From the NCBI GenBank assembly GCA_965216205.1, contig OZ244139.1, forward strand, positions 2,331,152 to 2,395,151: DNA of 64,000 nucleotides, written 5' to 3'. The DNA comes from Acidimicrobiales bacterium (GTDB lineage: Bacteria; Actinomycetota; Acidimicrobiia; Acidimicrobiales; SZUA-35). Of this stretch, positions 49,427 through 56,497 are shown one piece after another (position 1 is the first letter of the stretch; each line of letters begins with the position of its first letter). A program made the position numbers and the translations under genes. Under the pieces are notes generated by a model. That model did no database searches, was not told the origin of the DNA, and worked only from the letters and a program-made list of their open reading frames with translations.

Positions 49427-49802
49427 CGGGCCGCCACCTCCTTCCGATCTGGTGCTCGATGCATGGTGCTTCGGCTGGGGCAGGGTGGGCCTCGGTGACC
49501 GGCTCGTATGGTAGCTCGATCGGACCCTGTCGCCGAGGACGCTCGTGGGCAAACTGCGAGCGCTGTCACCGGCGGTGATGGGTCGGAATACCCAGGCCTG
49601 CCGACGATCCGCCGGGCTGGCGCACCTCGGGGCCACGAGAAGCGGCTCCAGGAGCCGGGAGTTCGTGCCCTAGCGGCGGAGGTCTGCTGTCGCAACCGGG
49701 TGAATTGCTCATCCGAGAGACGTATCGGTGGGTCGGCCGACTGGTCTACGGTGCCATCGCTATGGGGCTGGAGGTCGACGCCGACCGGTGGTGAACCTGG
49801 AC

Positions 49803-50489
49803 ATGATGCCAATCTCCGTAGCTCCCGCTCCCGTCATCGAGCGTCGCCGCTCGGTTGCTCCCGTGCTGCTGGTGCCGAGGCCGACCGTGTACGGACGCTG
49901 GCTCAAGCGCCCGATCGACGTTGCGCTGGCACTCGTCATCGGCGTCGTCCTGGCACCGCTCATGCTGCTCGTCGCGCTCTCGATCCCGCTCACCCTGGGC
50001 CGTGGCGGCATCGTCTACCGCCAGGAGCGGATCGGGCGGGACGGTCACGTCTTCACGATCTACAAGTTCCGGTCGATGCTGCGCGATCGCCGCGTCCGGC
50101 TCGACCCGGACTACACGGGTCCCGACCGCCGGCGAACCCACAAGTCCGACGACGATCCTCGCCACACCCCCTACGGGCGGTTCCTCCGGGCGACCAGCAT
50201 CGACGAGTTGCCCCAGCTCCTCAACGTGCTCAAGGGCGAGATGAGCATGGTCGGCCCCCGTCCGGAGTTGATCTCGGTGGCGATCCGGGAGGGCTTCGCC
50301 CACCATCCCCGACACCTCACCAGACCGGGGCTGACCGGCGCCTTCCAGGTGTCTCCGCTGCGATCCGCCAGCCGCATCTCGGCGGGACTGCACCTCGACA
50401 TCGACTATGTTGTCGACGTGCGGTTCGCAGACGACGTCAAGATTCTCGCGAGGACGATCCTCATTCCGTTCCAGCGGCGGGGCAGGTAG
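49803..50489 (+). CDS. Small monotopic phosphoglycosyl transferase (PglC/WcaJ C-terminal-domain type 'bacterial sugar transferase')
   Basis: KRPIDV.LAL........P.........L..GG....RQERIG..G..F.IYKFRSM, then DELPQLLNVLKGEMSMVGPRPE. Confidence 0.88.
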   Translation: MMPISVAPAPVIERRRSVAPVLLVPRPTVYGRWLKRPIDVALALVIGVVLAPLMLLVALSIPLTLGRGGIVYRQERIGRDGHVFTIYKFRSMLRDRRVRLDPDYTGPDRRRTHKSDDDPRHTPYGRFLRATSIDELPQLLNVLKGEMSMVGPRPELISVAIREGFAHHPRHLTRPGLTGAFQVSPLRSASRISAGLHLDIDYVVDVRFADDVKILARTILIPFQRRGR

Positions 50490-50498
50490 CCGGGCTCG

Positions 50499-51032
50499 GT
50501 GAGCCAGGGGCCCTACAAGATCCTGTTCGTCTGCACGGCGAACATCTGTCGCAGTCCTGCAGCTGAGGCGCTCGCCCGGCAACGCTTCGGCGAGCAGGAT
50601 GCGATCTTCCGGTCTGCCGGCCTGCTCGACGGCGGTCGTGGCTGCCCCGACCACCTGATCGAGACATTGCGCGATCGGGGGATCGACATCTCGAGTCATC
50701 GTAGCTACCAGCTCGATCCCGCGAGCCTGAACGCAGCCGACCTCGTCCTGACGATGGAGGGCGAGCACGTTCAGCAGGCGACGACGATCGATCGGAACTG
50801 TTTCGCCAAGACCGTTCCGCTCCGAGAGGCGGCCGAGGTCCTCGGCGCAGCCGCCGGTCCGCAGCCGGTGGAGACGTTCATCGCGACCCTCCGGGCTGTG
50901 CGCGATCCGTCGTCGTACCTCTCGAACCAGTGGGATGTGGACGATCCGTATCGGCGCAAGCTGAAGGACTATCGCCGAGCGGTCGACGAGATCGCGTCGC
51001 TCGTGGAGCGGGTCATCGGTCGGCTCTCCTGA
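50499..51032 (+). CDS. Low-molecular-weight protein tyrosine phosphatase (Wzb-like)
   Basis: ILFVCTANICRSPAAEA (C-X5-R-S P-loop) and a DPY acid loop (DVDDPY). Confidence 0.9.
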   Translation: MSQGPYKILFVCTANICRSPAAEALARQRFGEQDAIFRSAGLLDGGRGCPDHLIETLRDRGIDISSHRSYQLDPASLNAADLVLTMEGEHVQQATTIDRNCFAKTVPLREAAEVLGAAAGPQPVETFIATLRAVRDPSSYLSNQWDVDDPYRRKLKDYRRAVDEIASLVERVIGRLS

Positions 51033-52336
51033 TCGGTTGACGAATGCCCATCACCTCGTCTCCAGGCTGACGTGGTTCGACGGGGTGCCCGACCCGTCGA
51101 CCCGGTCGGCGTCAGCGACCAGGTCGAGCGCCGGTTGAGCCCATAGGCGATCGCAGTGGTTGCCATGATGCCGCCGGTCGACACACCGAGTGCCGCGACG
51201 AGATGGGACCAACCGTCCGAGCCGCTGAGGATCCGGATGACGACCTCACCGATGCCGGCGTGGGCCAGGAGCGTGCCGCCGGCGATGGCGTGGAACGTCG
51301 CCAGTCTCCTCGCGGCGGTGAGACGTCGACGCTGTCCCGGCGCCTGGGGGAAGGTCAACCGCTGGTGGCAGGCGTACTCCACCAGGATGCCGAGCTCGAT
51401 GGCGAGAGGACCTGCCACGCCGGTGAGGCTGAATCCGGTGAGAAGCGACGAGCCGGCCAGGCGAACCCCGGTGGCGAGCGCAACGACGGCTGCATAGGTG
51501 ATCAGGCGACCCTGATCACCGTCGCTGGGCGCCGCCCTCCTCGAGACGGCAGACCGGCCCGCCGTCCGCTCGCCGGCGATCGGCCGATCGGCCCGGTTCA
51601 GGACCCCGGATCGGGCCCGTGCGAGCGCGAGCTCGGCCACCGAGAGGCCGAAAGCGGCGATCACCCCGCCGGACAACTTCGTGTCACCGCTGCGGCGGGC
51701 TCGGAAGCGGTACCCGACGTCCTCGACGGTTGGCCGCTCGCCGTTGGCGAGCACATCGAGCAGGATCTTGAAGCCCCGGGGGTTGACCGACGGCCGGATC
51801 GTCGCATAACGGTCCGACGAGAGCGCGAAGTACCCGCTCATCGGGTCGCTCACGTCCACCCCGAGCGCCGTGCTCGCGACCTTGGCCCCGATGTAGGACA
51901 GGAGTCGGCGAGCCCGGCCGAACTCCCCGTAGCTGCCGCCGGGCGCCTCGCGGGACCCGATCGCCACGTCGGCCCGCCCGGAGCCGACCGCCGCGATCAG
52001 GTCGGGCAGGATGGCTTCGTCGTGCTGCAGATCGGCGTCGAGCACGGCCAGGACCGAGCCCGATGCGGCGTCCATGCCGGCCAGGACGGCCGACGACAGG
52101 CCCCGGTCGTCCATCCGGCGAATCACCCGGATCCTCGGGTCGATCGCCGACCGCTCCAGTGCGATCCGCCACGTGCCGTCGGGTGAATCGTCGTCCACGA
52201 CGATGATCTCGTGGGACGACCCCGAGAGCACCTGGCTCAGTCGATCGAGGAGGACCGGCAGGTTGCCGGCCTCGTTGTAGGTCGGAACGACAACCGACAC
52301 GTCGACGGGGCCACCCCGACTCGCTGCTGCAGCCAC
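50969..52336 (-). CDS. Polyprenyl-phosphate mannose/glucose synthase-like GT2 fused to a GtrA-like membrane domain
   Basis: VSVVVPTYNEAGNLP.L..RL, IIVVDDDSPDGT, DADLQH, followed by about 4 TM helices. GTG start. The 3-prime end overlaps the PTP gene by 64 bp. Confidence 0.8.
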   Translation of the reverse strand: MAAAASRGGPVDVSVVVPTYNEAGNLPVLLDRLSQVLSGSSHEIIVVDDDSPDGTWRIALERSAIDPRIRVIRRMDDRGLSSAVLAGMDAASGSVLAVLDADLQHDEAILPDLIAAVGSGRADVAIGSREAPGGSYGEFGRARRLLSYIGAKVASTALGVDVSDPMSGYFALSSDRYATIRPSVNPRGFKILLDVLANGERPTVEDVGYRFRARRSGDTKLSGGVIAAFGLSVAELALARARSGVLNRADRPIAGERTAGRSAVSRRAAPSDGDQGRLITYAAVVALATGVRLAGSSLLTGFSLTGVAGPLAIELGILVEYACHQRLTFPQAPGQRRRLTAARRLATFHAIAGGTLLAHAGIGEVVIRILSGSDGWSHLVAALGVSTGGIMATTAIAYGLNRRSTWSLTPTGSTGRAPRRTTSAWRRGDGHSSTDQESRPMTRSTSDAISSTARR

Positions 52337-52422
52337 CCGTTCCGATCGGCAGGTGACGATGCCCGCTGAGGCCCTCTCCCCTCAGGACCGCGCCGCCGAC
52401 TGGGCCCGACCTGCTGTCGGCC

Positions 52423-53112
52423 CTAGCGGCGGGTCGCGGTGAGGAGCTGGGCGATCCCGGTCGAGAGCTGACGTCGCTCCACGTCGGCGAAGCCCGCCTG
52501 CTCGAGCATCGCAACCAGCGCCGACCCCTCGGGGAGGTACGAGACCGATCGCGGGAGATAGGCGTAGGCACTCCGATCGGAGATCAGCCCCCCGACCAGC
52601 GGGACGACACGGTTGAAGTAGAGACCGTGGCCCCACCGGAGCACCGGGTTGTCGGGGCGCGACACATCGAGGAGGCCGATCCGCCCCCCGGGGCGGACCA
52701 CCCGCTGGAGCTCGGCGAAGAACGGCTCGAGCGCAACGAGATTGCGGAGTGCGAACCCGCAGACCGCGCCGTCGGCCGCGCCGGCGTTGACCGGTAGGTC
52801 GAGGAGGTCGCCCTGCACGAGCGGGGCCGCCGATCGGCCGGCGGCGAGCATGCCGTGGGAGAGGTCGATCGCGATCGGTCGATGCCCCGCGCCTCCGAGC
52901 TCCACGCAGAAATCACCGGTTCCCGCCGCGAGGTCGAGGATCAGCGAGTCGGGACCGATCCGCATGGCCGCGAGCGTCCTCCGCCGCCATCCCACGTCCA
53001 TGCGGAGCGTCAGGATGCGGTTGACCAGGTCGTACCGGGGCGCGATCGAGTCGAACATGGCGCGAACGGCGGCTCGCTTCTCCTCGCCCTGGGGGAGCCG
53101 GTCCTCGGGCAT
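52423..53112 (-). CDS. menG: Demethylmenaquinone/ubiquinone methyltransferase
   Basis: V..MFD.IAPRYDL.N..L.L..D..WRR and SAM motif LDLAAGTGD. ATG at 53112 chosen as start. Confidence 0.85.
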   Translation of the reverse strand: MPEDRLPQGEEKRAAVRAMFDSIAPRYDLVNRILTLRMDVGWRRRTLAAMRIGPDSLILDLAAGTGDFCVELGGAGHRPIAIDLSHGMLAAGRSAAPLVQGDLLDLPVNAGAADGAVCGFALRNLVALEPFFAELQRVVRPGGRIGLLDVSRPDNPVLRWGHGLYFNRVVPLVGGLISDRSAYAYLPRSVSYLPEGSALVAMLEQAGFADVERRQLSTGIAQLLTATRR

Positions 53113-53137
53113 GGCGGAGGATGGACCGCCATGCCGG

Positions 53138-53494
53138 TCAGTCAAACCAGACCTTCTGGTACTCGCGGGAGTGTGGATGCAGCACGCCAACCGCCAATGC
53201 GCCAGGGAAGACGGTCGCGCTGGCGAGCGAGAGGATGGCGACGAGGTCGCCGCTCGGCACGGAGGCGAGGAAGATCACCACCCAGAACAGCGCGACCAAC
53301 GAGGCACAGACGGCGAGCAGGTAGTAGCCCCACCGCTTGTTGTTCGCCGACCCGAACGCACCGACCCCGATGCCGATGAGCAGTGGGAAGATGATGGCCG
53401 ATCCGAGCAGGAGGCCGAACACGGCGGAGAAGTAGCCGAGGATCACGGCCGCCTGCAGCGTCTGGGGGTGGGACGGGTTGAGCCAGCGAGTCAT
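53138..53494 (-). CDS. Small hypothetical membrane protein (118 aa, 3-4 TM)
   Basis: Hydrophobic segments and GC3 bias. No recognisable family. Confidence 0.5.
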   Translation of the reverse strand: MTRWLNPSHPQTLQAAVILGYFSAVFGLLLGSAIIFPLLIGIGVGAFGSANNKRWGYYLLAVCASLVALFWVVIFLASVPSGDLVAILSLASATVFPGALAVGVLHPHSREYQKVWFD

Positions 53495-53528
53495 AGCACT
53501 GCCCAGTATGGGGGGAAATCGACCGACT

Positions 53529-53627
53529 GTGCCCTCGGCTCACGTCGTTCGCGTGCCCTCGGCTCACGTCGTTCGCGGTGCTTCTGGCTCACGTCGTTCG
53601 CGGTGCTTGCTGGCTCACGAAGATCGC
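53529..53627. repeat. Four tandem units of 24-26 bp that duplicate the last codons plus stop codon of rlmN
   Basis: gtgccctcggctcacgtcgttcgc at 53529 and 53553 (identical). ggtgcttctggctcacgtcgttcgc at 53577. ggtgcttgctggctcacgaagatcgc at 53602 contains the real rlmN stop (tca at 53615-53617). Confidence 0.9.
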
Positions 53628-54649
53628 AGTGTCACCGGCTGGCCGGTCGTCGCCCGGAGCTGGCCACAGGCAGCATCGATGTCCGTTCCCCGGTTCGCCC
53701 GCACCGTCACCGTCACCCCGTGCGAGCGCAACGAGTTGGCAAACGTCTCGATCCGACCGCGATCGGAGCCCACCGTGGGCCATCCAGGCGTGGGATTGAG
53801 GGGGATCAGGTTCACGTGGGCCCGAGCCTCGAGGGCCACCGCGGCCAGTCGAGCGGCATCGGTGTCGCGGTCGTTGGCGCCGTCGATCATGGCCCACTCG
53901 AACGACACCCGACGTCCGGTGCGCTCCCGGAACAACTGGCACGCGGCGACGAGATCACCGATCGGGTGCCTGCGGTTGACCGGGATCAACCGATCACGGG
54001 TCTCGTCGTCGGCCGCATGGAGGGAGACGGCGAGGCCGACCTGCAGACCCTCCTCGCAGAATCGGAGTATCTGCGGGACGAGCCCGATCGTGGAGACCGT
54101 GATGCGTCGAGCCCCGATGCCGAGGTCATCGATGCATCGGCGGACGGCGGCGAGTGTCCGGTCGTAGTTGGCGAACGGCTCGCCCATGCCCATGAAGACC
54201 ACGTTCGACAGGCGCCGGGGGCTGGCCGCTGCCCGGGCCCGCACGACCTGCTCCACGATCTCCCCGACGCTGAGGTTCCGCTCGTAGCCCCCCTGCCCGG
54301 TCGCGCAGAACCCGCAGCCCATCGCGCAGCCGGCCTGGCTCGACACGCAGACCGTCGACCGCTTGGCGTAGTGCATGAGCACGGTCTCGATCGCCGCGCC
54401 GTCGGCGAGGTGCCACAACCACTTGATCGTGGACCCCTCGGCGTCGGTTCGTTCCGCGGCGGGAGCCAGCCCAGGAGCGAAGTCCGCCTCGATCGCAGCG
54501 CGGAGCCCCTTGGGCAGCGTGGTGATCGCACCGGGATCGAGACCATGGTCGTGCAGACCCTCCCAGAGCTGGTCGAGACGGTAGCGGGGCTGCCCGTCGA
54601 GCACCTCCGCCCACTCGGCCCGACTCGGGGTCCACGGCGATTCGGTCAT
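53615..54649 (-). CDS. rlmN: 23S rRNA/tRNA m2A methyltransferase RlmN (radical SAM)
   Basis: CVSSQAGCAMGCGFCATG radical-SAM cluster, and GMGEP, STIG, SLHA and NLIP.N blocks. The ATG at 54649 overlaps the mshD stop (ATGA). Confidence 0.93.
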   Translation of the reverse strand: MTESPWTPSRAEWAEVLDGQPRYRLDQLWEGLHDHGLDPGAITTLPKGLRAAIEADFAPGLAPAAERTDAEGSTIKWLWHLADGAAIETVLMHYAKRSTVCVSSQAGCAMGCGFCATGQGGYERNLSVGEIVEQVVRARAAASPRRLSNVVFMGMGEPFANYDRTLAAVRRCIDDLGIGARRITVSTIGLVPQILRFCEEGLQVGLAVSLHAADDETRDRLIPVNRRHPIGDLVAACQLFRERTGRRVSFEWAMIDGANDRDTDAARLAAVALEARAHVNLIPLNPTPGWPTVGSDRGRIETFANSLRSHGVTVTVRANRGTDIDAACGQLRATTGQPVTLRSS

Positions 54650-55644
54650 GGTCCCGGAGCCGGATCGCCGAGCGGCGCCCAGAGCCACGCTCGATCGGTC
54701 CGGACGATGTCGAAGCCCAGCCGCTCATAGGTCCGGATGGCCGGAACGTTGTCGGCCTCGACGTACAGCATGCCGATGTCGAGGCCCTGGTCGGCCAGCC
54801 AGGCGAGGCCCGCCGCCGTCATCGGAACACCGAGACCTCGGCCGTGGAAGTCCGGATCGACGCCGATCACGTAGATCTCCCCCAGGGGAGGCGATGTGGG
54901 ATGGATCTTGGTCCAGCAGAAGCCGGCGAGCCGGCTGTCACGCTCGTGGAGGCGAACCCCCTCGGAGCGGAACCACGGCTCCGCCATCGATGCGGCGAAG
55001 CTCGTCGGGGTCTGGTGACCCTGATCGGGGTGGGTGGCGAACGCCCGGTTGTTGATGGCGAGCAGCGCGTCGAAGTCGTCGTCGGTGTAGGCCCTCGTCG
55101 GCAGCGGTTCGGCCGCCACAGGCAGGGGGCAGCGCATCTGGTGGAGGGCCCGCAGCTCGCGCATGCCCCGCGCCGCAGCCACCTCGGCGTGCCATGGCCG
55201 GGCGGGTTTGGCCCAGAGCTCGACCTCAGCCACCCGATCGGTTGGGGCTCGGGCTGCTGCGTCGCCGTGGTCGCCGCCGAGGAGGTCGACGAGGTGTGGT
55301 CGCAGCGCGTCGAGCATCGACGAGAGGAGGGTGCCGGCCGCCTGGTCACCGCCGATGGCATCGGTGGCGACCAGCGCATCGAGCTGTGGCCGGTCCCCGG
55401 TACCGAGCTGACCACCGACGAACCCGACCGGCTCGTCGGACCACCAGGCGAGCGCACCCAGGAAGGCGGCCTGGGTCGTCGAGGGTTCGTCGTCGGCCGG
55501 CCACCGATCGAACCGATCGTCGCGTTCGACCGGCGACAGCGCGGCCTCGAGCGTCGCCAGGGCATGGCGAGTGGTCGTGTGATCGAGTGACGTGCTGATC
55601 TCGATTCGGGCCACTTCTGTCTCACCGCTGCCTGCCATGGCCAC
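54646..55644 (-). CDS. mshD: Mycothiol synthase (two-GNAT-domain MshD)
   Basis: LAGFCWTKIHPTSPPLGEIYVIGVDPDFHGRGLG and MLYVEADNVPAIRTYERLGF closely match my recollection of the M. tuberculosis MshD C-terminal GNAT domain. Size is about 330 aa. Confidence 0.82.
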   Translation of the reverse strand: MAMAGSGETEVARIEISTSLDHTTTRHALATLEAALSPVERDDRFDRWPADDEPSTTQAAFLGALAWWSDEPVGFVGGQLGTGDRPQLDALVATDAIGGDQAAGTLLSSMLDALRPHLVDLLGGDHGDAAARAPTDRVAEVELWAKPARPWHAEVAAARGMRELRALHQMRCPLPVAAEPLPTRAYTDDDFDALLAINNRAFATHPDQGHQTPTSFAASMAEPWFRSEGVRLHERDSRLAGFCWTKIHPTSPPLGEIYVIGVDPDFHGRGLGVPMTAAGLAWLADQGLDIGMLYVEADNVPAIRTYERLGFDIVRTDRAWLWAPLGDPAPGP

Positions 55645-55783
55645 CCGAGTCTACGGGCCGGAGCGGGCCACCGATCATCGGTGTCGGTCACCCAACCGGG
55701 TGGTGTGACCGTGGTCGAGGCCTATTGGGGAAGTATCCGAAGATTTTTTGCCGAATATCACCCCGGTGGGAAACCGGGTGAAT

Positions 55784-55789
55784 TATATT
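55784..55789 (+). promoter_or_regulatory. Candidate -10 hexamer TATATT for the sRNA below
   Basis: AT-rich hexamer about 7 nt upstream of the first sRNA hairpin. No convincing -35 element. Confidence 0.3.
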
Positions 55790-55795
55790 GACGTT

Positions 55796-55890
55796 AACCA
55801 GGTTCCCGCCACCTGGTAGCAGCGACAACAGGGATCCGCCGCCCTGTGTCGCGCCGCCGGCGCCCCGTCTCGGGGCGCCGGCGTCTTTTT
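55796..55890 (+). ncRNA. Candidate 6C-like small RNA: two hairpins with C-rich loops plus an intrinsic terminator
   Basis: Hairpin 1: ACCAGG-uucccgcca-CCUGGU (55797-55817). Hairpin 2: ACAGGG-auccgccg-CCCUGU (55828-55847). A terminator follows. No ORF. The two-hairpin, C-rich-loop architecture matches the actinobacterial 6C motif as I recall it. Confidence 0.45.
55856..55890 (+). terminator. Rho-independent terminator
   Basis: 12-bp GC stem, GCCGGCGCCCCG-tct-CGGGGCGCCGGC, followed by gTCTTTTT. Confidence 0.75.
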
Positions 55891-56102
55891 CTCGAAGGTC
55901 GGTCTACCAGGGGATTCTCTGCCCGGGACGGTTGCACACGTGGGGTGCACTCGCTTGGTGTATCACCTTGCACCAACCCCATTTGACGAGAATGAGCCAG
56001 AACCATTTATCGTATTGTCTTGCAGTACTTGCCGAGGATTAGCTGACTGAATTCATGGTTGTCGGAGGCTGTACTCGCGACTCGGGGGTCGGCCCCACCG
56101 GT

Positions 56103-56291
56103 CTATCTCTGGACTCGACGGACGACTTTGGCGAGCCGGCGCGTCGACGACTGGAGCTGGCGCTCGACTTCGCGCAGCTCGGCCAGCGCGTCATCGTCCT
56201 CGCCGGAGGCCTCGATGAGGTCACCGATCCGGCTCGTCAGCTCCTCGAGCGTCGCTGCGAGCGAGTCGAGGGCGTTGCCGTCGATGGTCAT
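56103..56291 (-). CDS. Small helical hypothetical protein (62 aa)
   Basis: AGGAGA lies 6 nt upstream of the ATG. Strong GC3 bias and a balanced acidic/basic helical sequence. The overlapping plus-strand ORFs are Ser/Arg-rich junk. Confidence 0.55.
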   Translation of the reverse strand: MTIDGNALDSLAATLEELTSRIGDLIEASGEDDDALAELREVERQLQSSTRRLAKVVRRVQR

Positions 56292-56497
56292 GTCATCTCC
56301 TGCTGGTCAGCGGCCCAGGCAAATCTTCGCTGGGTGGAGCGTCGCCCACGCTACCGTCGGGCGTGCGATCGCCATGCCGGGCACCAGCGCCAGCGCCGAG
56401 CCGGATCCTGTCTGGCGAGCACCGAGCGGTGGTCTGGAGGTGACCGAGGCGTGATCGAGAGCAGAGCGAGCAGCATCCCGGCCATCGAGGAGACGCG

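Noticed and set aside
49540-49640. c-di-GMP-I riboswitch suggested by GGGCAAAC
   Set aside because: The second conserved block and the nested P1/P2 architecture cannot be found by eye. The complementary segments are not nested. It is kept only as a note within the intergenic-region finding.
24911-52336. The EPS locus as a horizontally acquired mobile island
   Set aside because: There is no integrase, transposase, flanking tRNA or direct repeats, and no obvious GC shift that I can see. Its accessory nature is inferred only from gene content.
56292-56497. Possible his-operon T-box or His-codon attenuator upstream of hisD
   Set aside because: There is no run of His codons or leader peptide. 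Only a weak GGTGGT string is present, without the ACCGCG part of the T-box core.
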